Source: Candidatus Iainarchaeum sp.
GTDB lineage: Archaea; Iainarchaeota; Iainarchaeia; Iainarchaeales; JAFCCJ01
Direction: 5' to 3'
NCBI GenBank assembly: GCA_043816965.1
Contig: JBDRHK010000042.1
Coordinates: 1-59,317 of the forward strand
DNA: 59,317 nucleotides
Position 1 is the first letter of the stretch; each line of letters opens with the position of its first letter. A program made the position numbers and the translations under genes. Shown in pieces: positions 21,301 to 28,602 of the stretch. Below the pieces are notes generated by a model. That model had not been told where the DNA came from, did no database searches, and saw only the letters and a program-made list of their open reading frames with translations.

Positions 21301-22200
21301 TTGTTGAGCGGGATGGGGGAGCTGCATCTTGAGGTCACACAATACCGGATCGAGGTTGACCACAAAATACCAATAACTGTTTCCCCGCCAATTGTTGTTT
21401 ACCATGAGGCAATAAACAAGAGCTCACCTACACTTGAATCCAAGAGCCCAAACAGGCACAACAAGCTTAAGATGCGTGTTGAGCCAATTCCTGCTGAAAC
21501 CCTGAACAACCTTATTGAGTCAAGGCTGAATGTGAAAATCAGGCCTAAGGACAAGGATATTGTTGTGAAATTGCAGGAAATCGGGTTTGACAATGAAAGG
21601 GCAAAAAAAATCTGGTGTGTTCACAATAACAATGTGTTAGTTGACGCCACCAGGGGAATACAGGCGCTGCAGGAAATTAAGGAACTGGTTATACAGGGAT
21701 TTAAGGACGCGATGGATGCTGGTCCGCTGGCAAAGGAGAAGAGCGAAGGGATTCAGGTAATTCTCGAGGATGCAACACTCCATGAGGATGCCATCCACAG
21801 GGGTCCTGCACAACTGCTTCCCACAACAACCAGGGGAATTTATGCCTGCATGCTGAGCGCTGACGCCGTCCTGCATGAGCCAAAGCAGACACTTACAATT
21901 AACGTGCCTGAGGACTTCATGGGTTCGGTTTCAAAGGAATTGGGGTCAAGGAGAACACAGATAAGTGAAATGAGGCAGGAGGGAGATACCTCAATAATTA
22001 TAGGAAGGGCTCCTGTAAAGGAATTGATTGGTTTTAGTGCGGCAATTAGGAGCGCAACTCAAGGTAGGGCAATCTGGACCGCGGAATATGCAGGATATGA
22101 ACTCCTGCCAAGGGAATTGCAGGAGAAGGTCATTAAGGAAGTCAGAACCAGAAAGGGGATGGATCCACAGGTCAAACCTGCGGCATTTTTCCTTGAATAG
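18361..22200 (+). CDS. fusA: elongation factor 2 (aEF-2) precursor containing a 549-aa intein
   Basis: 'NIGIVAHIDHGK' ... 'TTLTDNLVAAAG', 'IDTPGHVDF', and diphthamide-site 'HEDAIHRGPAQ'. The exteins sum to 730 aa. Confidence 0.95.
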   Translation: MAKREDIVKLAETLMGNRENIRNIGIVAHIDHGKCVSGKTNIVLANGTTVKAKALFESAETNGRIAGKTGDEVVFDITGQGINAVSFNKQSKDMEFRTISHAWKLKATEPLIKLTLSNGQEISTTPEHKYLCAGDDGTVTEKQAKDVMEKDFILCPRHLPAETLELEQFKTEFLDALSKDPGFIVNLDERNALELKRAILSYGMEKLRKGISSPYKSKSFYHCVYNGRYRLNDFRKIAGILRFNAFEKIAKINYRKTLNQHDHSSVSLNLPKTESGIIELFYLLGLIWGDGGKCGKDIRITNEDRQIIESVKRVCREVLGTKAKERKYAGKATRIDLSAGITFTRILEQFFEFPLKNKSHSITIPKIIRKMPNHFLKAFIQGYFDADGGIEMSRRAASISSASKRMIEDLYSALLRFGCIATIYGKKNTLFVSSSNLKPFSEKVGFRLERKQISLEKILSLSDSPNRNTDLLPIKSILLKQTRKTLGIPLNKFAKTQEAIELGLQNIYLKNFLDYVKTIYSFIGNPKIKNQEAWDELQAIEKIFFNCFTARVEKKGTCIEEFVYDFTVEGNHNFVGNGALIHNTTLTDNLVAAAGLISKELAGKQQFMDYYELEQARGITINSANISLVHKVKGIEYLINIIDTPGHVDFGGEVIRAMRAVDGVMLVVDAVEGVMPQTETVVRQALKEKVKPMLFINTVDRLVNELQVTEKEMQERFVKTIAQVNNLIKKNVPEEFVDEWKVNAMNGSVGFGSAYNNWAVSVPQKEETGIGFKEVYEYCKQEKQKDLAKKSPLHETVIKMIVQHMPNPMVSQKYRIPKIWSGDMESEEGKSMGSCDPNGVFTMMVNDVSVDAHAGDIATGRIYSGTVKKGSKLRLIGSQKEVTIQSVAIYMGPERITVSEISAGNIGALVGTRDIYAGETISEKEIKEFESFFSTAEPVMTISVEAKSTKDLPKLIEVIRQITKEDPNIKASINQETGEHLLSGMGELHLEVTQYRIEVDHKIPITVSPPIVVYHEAINKSSPTLESKSPNRHNKLKMRVEPIPAETLNNLIESRLNVKIRPKDKDIVVKLQEIGFDNERAKKIWCVHNNNVLVDATRGIQALQEIKELVIQGFKDAMDAGPLAKEKSEGIQVILEDATLHEDAIHRGPAQLLPTTTRGIYACMLSADAVLHEPKQTLTINVPEDFMGSVSKELGSRRTQISEMRQEGDTSIIIGRAPVKELIGFSAAIRSATQGRAIWTAEYAGYELLPRELQEKVIKEVRTRKGMDPQVKPAAFFLE
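18463..20109 (+). mobile_element. intein with LAGLIDADG homing-endonuclease domain inserted in the EF-2 P-loop (GK|C...HN|T)
   Basis: Starts with Cys after AHIDHGK and has block B 'TPEHKYL'. DOD motifs are 'LLGLIWGDGG' and 'FIQGYFDADGG'. It ends 'VGNGALIHN' followed by Thr(+1), which restores GKTTLTD. Confidence 0.9.
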
Positions 22201-22324
22201 GGGAGATATGAGGGGTTTAAGCAAGGATTTTTAAACCTTATCAGGGAGTAATATTAAATCAGAATGCTCGTTTTGCATTAAAATAACGCGTTTTGGCATT
22301 TATTTTATTTGGAGGGATTGAATC

Positions 22325-23590
22325 ATGGCAGAGAAACCACATTTGAACTTGGTTTTCATTGGTCACGTAGATCATGGTAAATCAACACTTGTTGGAAGGT
22401 TGCTTTACGACAGTGGCGCCTTGAGCGAGCAAGAGTACAGGAAACTCAAAGCCGAGGCAGATGAAAGGGGAAAAGGCACCTTTGCATTCGCATATGCGAT
22501 GGATAACCTCAAGGAAGAGAGGGAAAGGGGTGTCACAATTGATGTTTCCTACAAGAAATTCAACGGTAAAAAGAATGTCTTTACCATAATTGACGCTCCT
22601 GGCCACAGGGACTTTGTAAAGAATATGATTACAGGGACCAGCCAGGCAGATGCCGCAGTTTTGGTTGTTGCCGCAAAGGAAGGGGCACAGCCGCAAACAA
22701 AGGAGCATGCATTCCTTGCGCAGGTTATGGGAATTAAGCAGTTGATTATTGCAATCAATAAGATGGACGAAATCAACTATGATGAGAAGAGGTTTAACGA
22801 AATTAAGAAAGATCTGGAAAAGCTCCTGACAGGTGTCGGCTTTAAGTCCGATGCGGTCAGGTATGTTCCTGTCTCAGCATGGGTCGGGGACAATGTTGTA
22901 AAAACATCAGACAAGCTTTCCTGGTATAAGGGAAAATCACTTGTTGATGAACTGGATGAATTTACTCCGCCTCCATCACCAACAGATAAGGCTTTGAGGC
23001 TCCCTATCCAGGATGTCTTCAGCATTAAAGGTGTTGGTGTCGTTCCTACGGGAAGGGTAGAAACAGGCATAATGAAGCCAGGTGACAAGATTATTGTAAT
23101 GCCCTCAGGAAAGACTGGAGAGGTTAAGACAATTGAGGCACACCACGAGCAGTTAGCTCAGGCAAAGCCAGGGGACAATGTAGGTTTCAATGTAAGGGGG
23201 CTGGAGAAGAAGGATGTTGCAAGGGGAGATGTAATTGGCCCTGCCAATGACCCTCCAACAGTTGCAAAAGAATTCATAGCGCAGATTGTTGTCCTAAATC
23301 ATCCTACAGCAATACCTGTGAATTACACTCCGGTATTCCATATTCACACCGCTCAGCTGAGTTGTTCTTTGGTTGAGTTACAGAAAAAACTCGACCCTAA
23401 AACAGGTCAGACAAAGGAGGAAAATCCTAAGTTCCTTAAAACAGGCGATGCTGCAATCGTTAAGATTGTTCCGACAAAACCCGTTGTTATTGAGGAATAC
23501 AAGAAGTTTCCGCAGTTGGGAAGGTTTGCAATCCGGGATATGGGGCAAACTGTTGCTGCAGGAATTGTATTGAGCGTGACAAAGAAGTAA
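22325..23590 (+). CDS. tuf: elongation factor 1-alpha
   Basis: 'GHVDHGKST', 'DAPGHRDF', 'NKMD'. Full length, 421 aa. Confidence 0.97.
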   Translation: MAEKPHLNLVFIGHVDHGKSTLVGRLLYDSGALSEQEYRKLKAEADERGKGTFAFAYAMDNLKEERERGVTIDVSYKKFNGKKNVFTIIDAPGHRDFVKNMITGTSQADAAVLVVAAKEGAQPQTKEHAFLAQVMGIKQLIIAINKMDEINYDEKRFNEIKKDLEKLLTGVGFKSDAVRYVPVSAWVGDNVVKTSDKLSWYKGKSLVDELDEFTPPPSPTDKALRLPIQDVFSIKGVGVVPTGRVETGIMKPGDKIIVMPSGKTGEVKTIEAHHEQLAQAKPGDNVGFNVRGLEKKDVARGDVIGPANDPPTVAKEFIAQIVVLNHPTAIPVNYTPVFHIHTAQLSCSLVELQKKLDPKTGQTKEENPKFLKTGDAAIVKIVPTKPVVIEEYKKFPQLGRFAIRDMGQTVAAGIVLSVTKK

Positions 23591-23636
23591 TGATGTTATT
23601 ACTTCTTTTTCCCTTCCTTTTTTCATTTATTTTTTA
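23585..23636 (+). terminator. stem-loop (aagtaat/attactt) plus long T-rich tract between tuf and rps10
   Basis: 7-bp perfect inverted repeat at 23585-23591 / 23598-23604 enclosing the tuf stop codon, followed by ctttttcccttccttttttcatttatttttt. Confidence 0.3.
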
Positions 23637-23640
23637 GGTG

Positions 23641-23955
23641 ATGGGATTGCAAAAAGCCAGAATCAGGCTCTCGAGCCCTGATTATACTGAGTTGACAGAG
23701 ATCTGTTCCAGGATCGTCGATGTAGCGAAGAGAACAGGGGTCAAGCATTCCGGCATTATTCCGCTTCCCACAAAAAAAATGATTGTGCCCACTCGTAAGA
23801 GCCCCTGTGGCGGGGGCACCGAATCCTATGAGAAATGGCAGATGAGGATTCACAAAAGGCTTATTGATATTGAGTCAGACGAAAGGACATTGCGAAGGGT
23901 AATGAGGGTTGAAATCCCTGAGAATGTGCATGTTGAGATTGAACTTAAAGAATAG
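23641..23955 (+). CDS. rps10: ribosomal protein uS10
   Basis: 'KARIRLSS.D...L...C..IV..A...G....G.IPLPTK' pattern. ATG at 23641, with an in-frame GTG at 23638 in the ORF track. Confidence 0.95.
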   Translation: MGLQKARIRLSSPDYTELTEICSRIVDVAKRTGVKHSGIIPLPTKKMIVPTRKSPCGGGTESYEKWQMRIHKRLIDIESDERTLRRVMRVEIPENVHVEIELKE

Positions 23956-24050
23956 CTGATTTTTTTTCTTGTTTAATTTAAGATTTTATTTTCTCTTACT
24001 TCTACATAACTAATTAGTAAAAATAACCCATTTTTTGGGTTTAGGCAGGA

Positions 24051-24058
24051 TTATATAT
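24051..24058 (+). promoter_or_regulatory. TATA-box-like element about 27 nt upstream of the 24082 ATG (leaderless arrangement)
   Basis: ttatatat centred about 27 nt before the start codon. No SD-like sequence lies in between. Confidence 0.3.
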
Positions 24059-24081
24059 TTCATTGAACAAAAATATAGTGG

Positions 24082-27000
24082 ATGAAATTTAGAATTATTG
24101 CCCTGTTGTTACTTTTCCTTTTGTCTGCCACAGTGCATGCGCAGGAACGGCAGATTAACTGCGCGGCCGATGACTGGGTTGATGGGGTTGGAAATGGTGA
24201 TTGTGTAAAGTGGGTAAGCGGCCCAGAGGATGTGGCACAGGCAAGCATATCTGTGCTTAACGACCCATCTGATGCAAGGAGGGTTGCTAATGTGCTTAGC
24301 TATGGGCAGGTGAAGTATTATTCAATACCTTTTGGAGGGCTGCAGGCAAGGTATAAATGCCAGGGCTCGGACGATAGAACAACTTTGACTTATGGCGGGC
24401 TTAATGAGACTGTGCTTGACGGAACAATTGATGTATCAACAACAACTCCTGAGAGAAATCCTTCTAGGGATGAATTTGTCTGCACTGTGATTGCAACTTA
24501 CGGCGCCACGAACTATGTCCAGCCGGCCAAACTTTACGAAAAAATATTTACCGATTATTACGTCCTGAACTGCGCAGCGGATTCTGACTGTTTTACAATT
24601 CCGGGGCGGGCCTGTGACAACTCCTACAGGGACCCGGGCAATGAACTTTTGAGCCCTTTGCAATGGCACTGCGTCGATAACGGAACCCCGAGCTTTGTCA
24701 CCCCATTTGTGGAATATCCTGCAGTGGCAAATATCGGGGAAAGTTATGACATAACCGCTTACTACACTGACACTCCTGCACTTGACCCTGTATGGGTGAT
24801 TGTCAATGATTGTGACACTGTTCACTGTATGGAATTTCCCTACTGCGAAAGCGAATACTCTGTCACAAGCCCGGTTAGCTGCCCATTTACCCCCCAGGAT
24901 GGGGAGCAGGGCATAAAAACTTTGTATGTTTTTGTATGTGACGACCAGGATGAATGTTCAGAATATCAGGAAATTTCAATCAGGATAAATTACGTCCCTG
25001 ATGTATCACTCATCGCTTCAGAGGAAACAACCGTCTGGCCTAATTGGGATACCACTTTTACGCCGACTTTTTCTGATATTGACGGGACTATTGCAAATGT
25101 TTCGCTTGATTTTGGTGACGGGGGCCCGCCTGAAATAGGTTTTAATTCTGATGAAGAAATATACCATGCGTATCCACCAAACACTACAGAAACTGCAATC
25201 CCTTATGACGCCATCCTCTCTGTAACCGATAATGATGGTGAAACATCAACATTTACACTACCCATCACCGCAAGCCCTGAGGGGAATTTGCTCCCTGTCC
25301 CGGTATTATCAGTGGCACCTGCTGAAATAACCAGGGAGGGGATTGTCACCTCCACTTACAACTGCACAGACCCTGATGACCCTGACCAGCATTTTGATGA
25401 GGGGATTGATGATTGTTGGATGAATTATGGCTACTGGGACAATATGCCAGATGAGGATGGGGACATCCTTAATGGGATAAGCGGAAGTTTCCCTTACACA
25501 TATATGAATTATACAAATGTACACGCCACAAGAACCAATATTTTAAGGGCATATGACCGTGCAGATGTTATGGTAGAGGTGACAGAAACAATCAATGTAC
25601 TATCAGAGCCGAGATTGAGGATTGTTACTGACACCACGCCATATCGTAGTGAGGATATTTGGGGAAACACCTGGACAGATGGTTTGGGGATTGAGCATGA
25701 AATTCCGACGTTTATCGCTGGAACAACAGTCCATTTTATGGTAGAGGCAATTAATGGGGATTTAAGTAATTACACAAATTTTGATTGGGATTGGGCAAGA
25801 CATGATATTAACCCAAACCCACTTACCGGTTTTTTTGGGGTAGAGGGCAATCCAGAATGCTATTTTTCAGTGGACGATGGAGCCAGCTCAATGGACATTT
25901 ACTGCACCGGAACCTGGTATAAGAGAATAACTTTAAGGGCTCTGGACACCACAAACAATCAGGAAACCCAGACATCATTTATTTTCTACAGTGACACAGG
26001 TCCAGGGCAACATCCATTAACACAGTTCATACCCTATATCCAACAGATTAAGAGCGGATTCAACGGCCCTAACTATGATGCAAGCTGCCAAAGATGGATG
26101 GGAGTAGTTCCTTTAAGTTTAAACTATGATCCTGGGGAAATGCTATTTGAATGCGAGATACACTGGCGTCAGGGACCTAACCATCAACTAACCATTGTTA
26201 ACAACCCCCCGACATATGAATCATTTGCGGAAGCCACATTACTAACTGGGCCTGAAAGCCCATATACAAACTATGGGGACAGAATAAGTTTAGAAAGACC
26301 GTACATAGATGCAGACAATTTCAGCGGCCATGGCAGCAGCCATGGAATTTCGCTCAATATTCTTCCCCAGAATAATCTCCTTCCAAGGGCAAATATCCTT
26401 AGCACTGTTTCCAGCGCACTGCTTATGGAGGATGTGGAAATTATTGGCCAATGCTCTGATTATGATGGGGCTGGAAATGATTTTGATGCCCAGGGAAATA
26501 TGTTTCTCCTGCCCCCTGAATTCTGCCAGATTGATTTTAGGGAGGGAGATGGGTCTGAGAATATGGATCTTGTTATTGAGGACCTTGGATTGGCGGAATG
26601 GATTATTGAATCACCTTGTTCCGATACATACACTATAACTGGGGAGAGAATTGAATTTAATGCAAGCAACAATTGCCTCAGATCTCGTACAGGTAGTGCG
26701 GCAGCTGCCTCAGGGATCCTGACAACCAAGCTTGTAAAAGATGTCAGCCATATTGGAGACAATGATTTCGACATATCTGTTGAGATTATTCCTTCAATAG
26801 ATAATATTCTTAACCACAATTGGTTTCAATATTATCAGGGGATAATACTAGAGGATAATGATAGAAGATTTATTTCGCTGGATGCTTTTCTTTACACCCT
26901 TTCAGCATATGATGATACCTATCGCAGGGACACCTACCATGAAATGGTCTATTATAACCTTTACGAAAACATAACCTATCCAAGAGAGGGACAGGTAAAT

Positions 27001-28572
27001 TCTGAAAGAATAATCCCATATCCAAATAACCGGGGCACTTACTTTAAATTGTCCCGGAGGGGAACTGTTTTGGCCGCATACTATTCCGATGATGGGAGTA
27101 ATTACAAGATACTCGGCTCAAGGGACTTGCGTGATTTAGACGATGCATTGGGCAACCCATTCCAAATCAACCGGGCAGGGATTTTTTTTGGGAACAGTTC
27201 CCCTGCAGGTGGCTTTACCGCAAGCTTTGACAATTTTGAATTCAATGTATACCGATACAGCAAAATCCATCAGTTCAGCAGCGTAGGAAGTTTTGATATT
27301 TTATTAAGTGCAAATGATGGAACAGATATAGCAACAGATACTCTAACAATAGATATTGGTCTTGAAAATAATACTCCCCCTGTGCCAGAAATTATCGAGC
27401 CTGCAGGCCTTGATGCGATAGCTGCATTTAACACCGAAAGTGATACTGAAATTACAATCAGCGGTACTGCTACTGACAGCGGGGCGAATGAAGGAATTGC
27501 AAGAATTTATTGGGAAACTCCGGTAATGCCTGCCGCAGTATGTGATTTGATTACTGATGCACCAACCAATCCAGATTGTATATTGGATGGCGATGCAATT
27601 AATTGTTCTAACTCACAGACAGATGTTCAAATAAATTCAACAATAATCTGCACCTATGCTGACGGCGACCCTGACTTTAGGGAATTTAATGTTATTTTAT
27701 ATGCGACTGATGAAAGGGGGGGAACAATTGCGTCTGCACCTGCAAGGATAAGGCTAGGGCTTGTTAGTGAGGAGAATGTTGTAAGAATAATGCCCAACGG
27801 AATAACCCCTGCCAATCCAAATCAGGTTAGCAGTACTGTTACATTTGAATTCTTCTGTCCCTTGGGGGATTGTATTGTCACCGGTGTTTGCCTTGCCGCT
27901 TGTGATGAACCTGGCAATTTCACTGAAACAATAGGCCAGGGAAACAGGATTATTTCAAAGGATTTTGATTCAATCAACGGCTTTGATTTCCAAATTACTA
28001 TTTCAGGGGAGCAACTTAATACCGACGGGAGTGTCTCAAATGAAAACGACAGCGAGACAATCCATTACTCAGCCAGCAGTTCTGAGGGGGGCGGCTCATC
28101 ATATCCCAATGATATTCTGGAAATTAGCAGCGCAAGGCTCGGGGAAAATGCCTATAGCTTGGATGATGATTTGGAACTTACAATTTATGTCAGGAATTAT
28201 TCGATTACCACTTATGAACAAACATATTCTGTTGAGCTGAAGGATATGGTTACAGGGAGGATTGCATGGTCAAATATTTATGATGCCTACGAATTCTTAG
28301 CGGCGTCAGAAACAGCTGTCCCTGTTACCATTGACCTTAATGATGAAACGAATGGGGTTGAAAAGGGAAATTACAGGATAATAATTGTGGTTACGCCTGT
28401 GACTGATGCAGGCAACACCGAATATTCTGCCAACAACAAATACTCAAAGCTTTCTGTAGCTATCCTTGAGCCCCAAAGGGCCATGTCTGTGCCAGAAATC
28501 CCGCCAATTTTCATACTGCTGGTACTGGTTTCGGTTTTGTTCGTAATTAACCGGTTTAAAAATAAAGGATAA
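24082..28572 (+). CDS. 1496-aa acidic secreted multi-domain surface protein (Cys-rich N-region, PKD/Ig-like repeats, ConA-like lectin domain, CARDB-like domain, PEI-TM-basic C-terminus)
   Basis: Signal peptide MKFRIIALLLLFLLSATVHA. Has PKD signature 'LDFGDGG...YHAY...SVTDNDGE' and C-terminal 'VPEIPPIFILLVLVSVLFVINRFKNKG'. Confidence 0.85.
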   Translation: MKFRIIALLLLFLLSATVHAQERQINCAADDWVDGVGNGDCVKWVSGPEDVAQASISVLNDPSDARRVANVLSYGQVKYYSIPFGGLQARYKCQGSDDRTTLTYGGLNETVLDGTIDVSTTTPERNPSRDEFVCTVIATYGATNYVQPAKLYEKIFTDYYVLNCAADSDCFTIPGRACDNSYRDPGNELLSPLQWHCVDNGTPSFVTPFVEYPAVANIGESYDITAYYTDTPALDPVWVIVNDCDTVHCMEFPYCESEYSVTSPVSCPFTPQDGEQGIKTLYVFVCDDQDECSEYQEISIRINYVPDVSLIASEETTVWPNWDTTFTPTFSDIDGTIANVSLDFGDGGPPEIGFNSDEEIYHAYPPNTTETAIPYDAILSVTDNDGETSTFTLPITASPEGNLLPVPVLSVAPAEITREGIVTSTYNCTDPDDPDQHFDEGIDDCWMNYGYWDNMPDEDGDILNGISGSFPYTYMNYTNVHATRTNILRAYDRADVMVEVTETINVLSEPRLRIVTDTTPYRSEDIWGNTWTDGLGIEHEIPTFIAGTTVHFMVEAINGDLSNYTNFDWDWARHDINPNPLTGFFGVEGNPECYFSVDDGASSMDIYCTGTWYKRITLRALDTTNNQETQTSFIFYSDTGPGQHPLTQFIPYIQQIKSGFNGPNYDASCQRWMGVVPLSLNYDPGEMLFECEIHWRQGPNHQLTIVNNPPTYESFAEATLLTGPESPYTNYGDRISLERPYIDADNFSGHGSSHGISLNILPQNNLLPRANILSTVSSALLMEDVEIIGQCSDYDGAGNDFDAQGNMFLLPPEFCQIDFREGDGSENMDLVIEDLGLAEWIIESPCSDTYTITGERIEFNASNNCLRSRTGSAAAASGILTTKLVKDVSHIGDNDFDISVEIIPSIDNILNHNWFQYYQGIILEDNDRRFISLDAFLYTLSAYDDTYRRDTYHEMVYYNLYENITYPREGQVNSERIIPYPNNRGTYFKLSRRGTVLAAYYSDDGSNYKILGSRDLRDLDDALGNPFQINRAGIFFGNSSPAGGFTASFDNFEFNVYRYSKIHQFSSVGSFDILLSANDGTDIATDTLTIDIGLENNTPPVPEIIEPAGLDAIAAFNTESDTEITISGTATDSGANEGIARIYWETPVMPAAVCDLITDAPTNPDCILDGDAINCSNSQTDVQINSTIICTYADGDPDFREFNVILYATDERGGTIASAPARIRLGLVSEENVVRIMPNGITPANPNQVSSTVTFEFFCPLGDCIVTGVCLAACDEPGNFTETIGQGNRIISKDFDSINGFDFQITISGEQLNTDGSVSNENDSETIHYSASSSEGGGSSYPNDILEISSARLGENAYSLDDDLELTIYVRNYSITTYEQTYSVELKDMVTGRIAWSNIYDAYEFLAASETAVPVTIDLNDETNGVEKGNYRIIIVVTPVTDAGNTEYSANNKYSKLSVAILEPQRAMSVPEIPPIFILLVLVSVLFVINRFKNKG
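24994..25267 (+). other. PKD domain within the 1496-aa protein
   Basis: 'FSDIDGTIANVSLDFGDGGPPE...EIYHAY...YDAILSVTDNDGETSTFTLPI'. Confidence 0.7.
26599..27246 (+). other. concanavalin-A-like (DUF1349/LamG-like) lectin domain within the 1496-aa protein
   Basis: 'W.IESP...' ... 'GTYFKLSRRGTVLAAYYSDDGSNYKILGS' ... 'AGIFFGNSSPAGGFTASFDNFEF' follows the ConA-like/DUF1349 pattern by recognition. Confidence 0.5.
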
Positions 28573-28602
28573 ATTTATTAATTCAAGAACCTATTTGTTT
28601 TT

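Noticed and set aside
18361-22200. Oversized EF-2 (1279 aa) and RtcB (981 aa), considered as gene fusions or misassemblies
   Set aside because: Both inserts have precise intein boundaries (Cys1 ... His/Ser-Asn | Thr or Cys) and restore canonical motifs on excision. Inteins explain them fully.
27376-27402. Internal 'PPVPEIIEP' in the 1496-aa protein, considered as a fourth PEI sorting signal
   Set aside because: It is not followed by a TM helix or basic tail and lies between Ig-like domains. I keep it as a caveat that PEI may be a linker motif.
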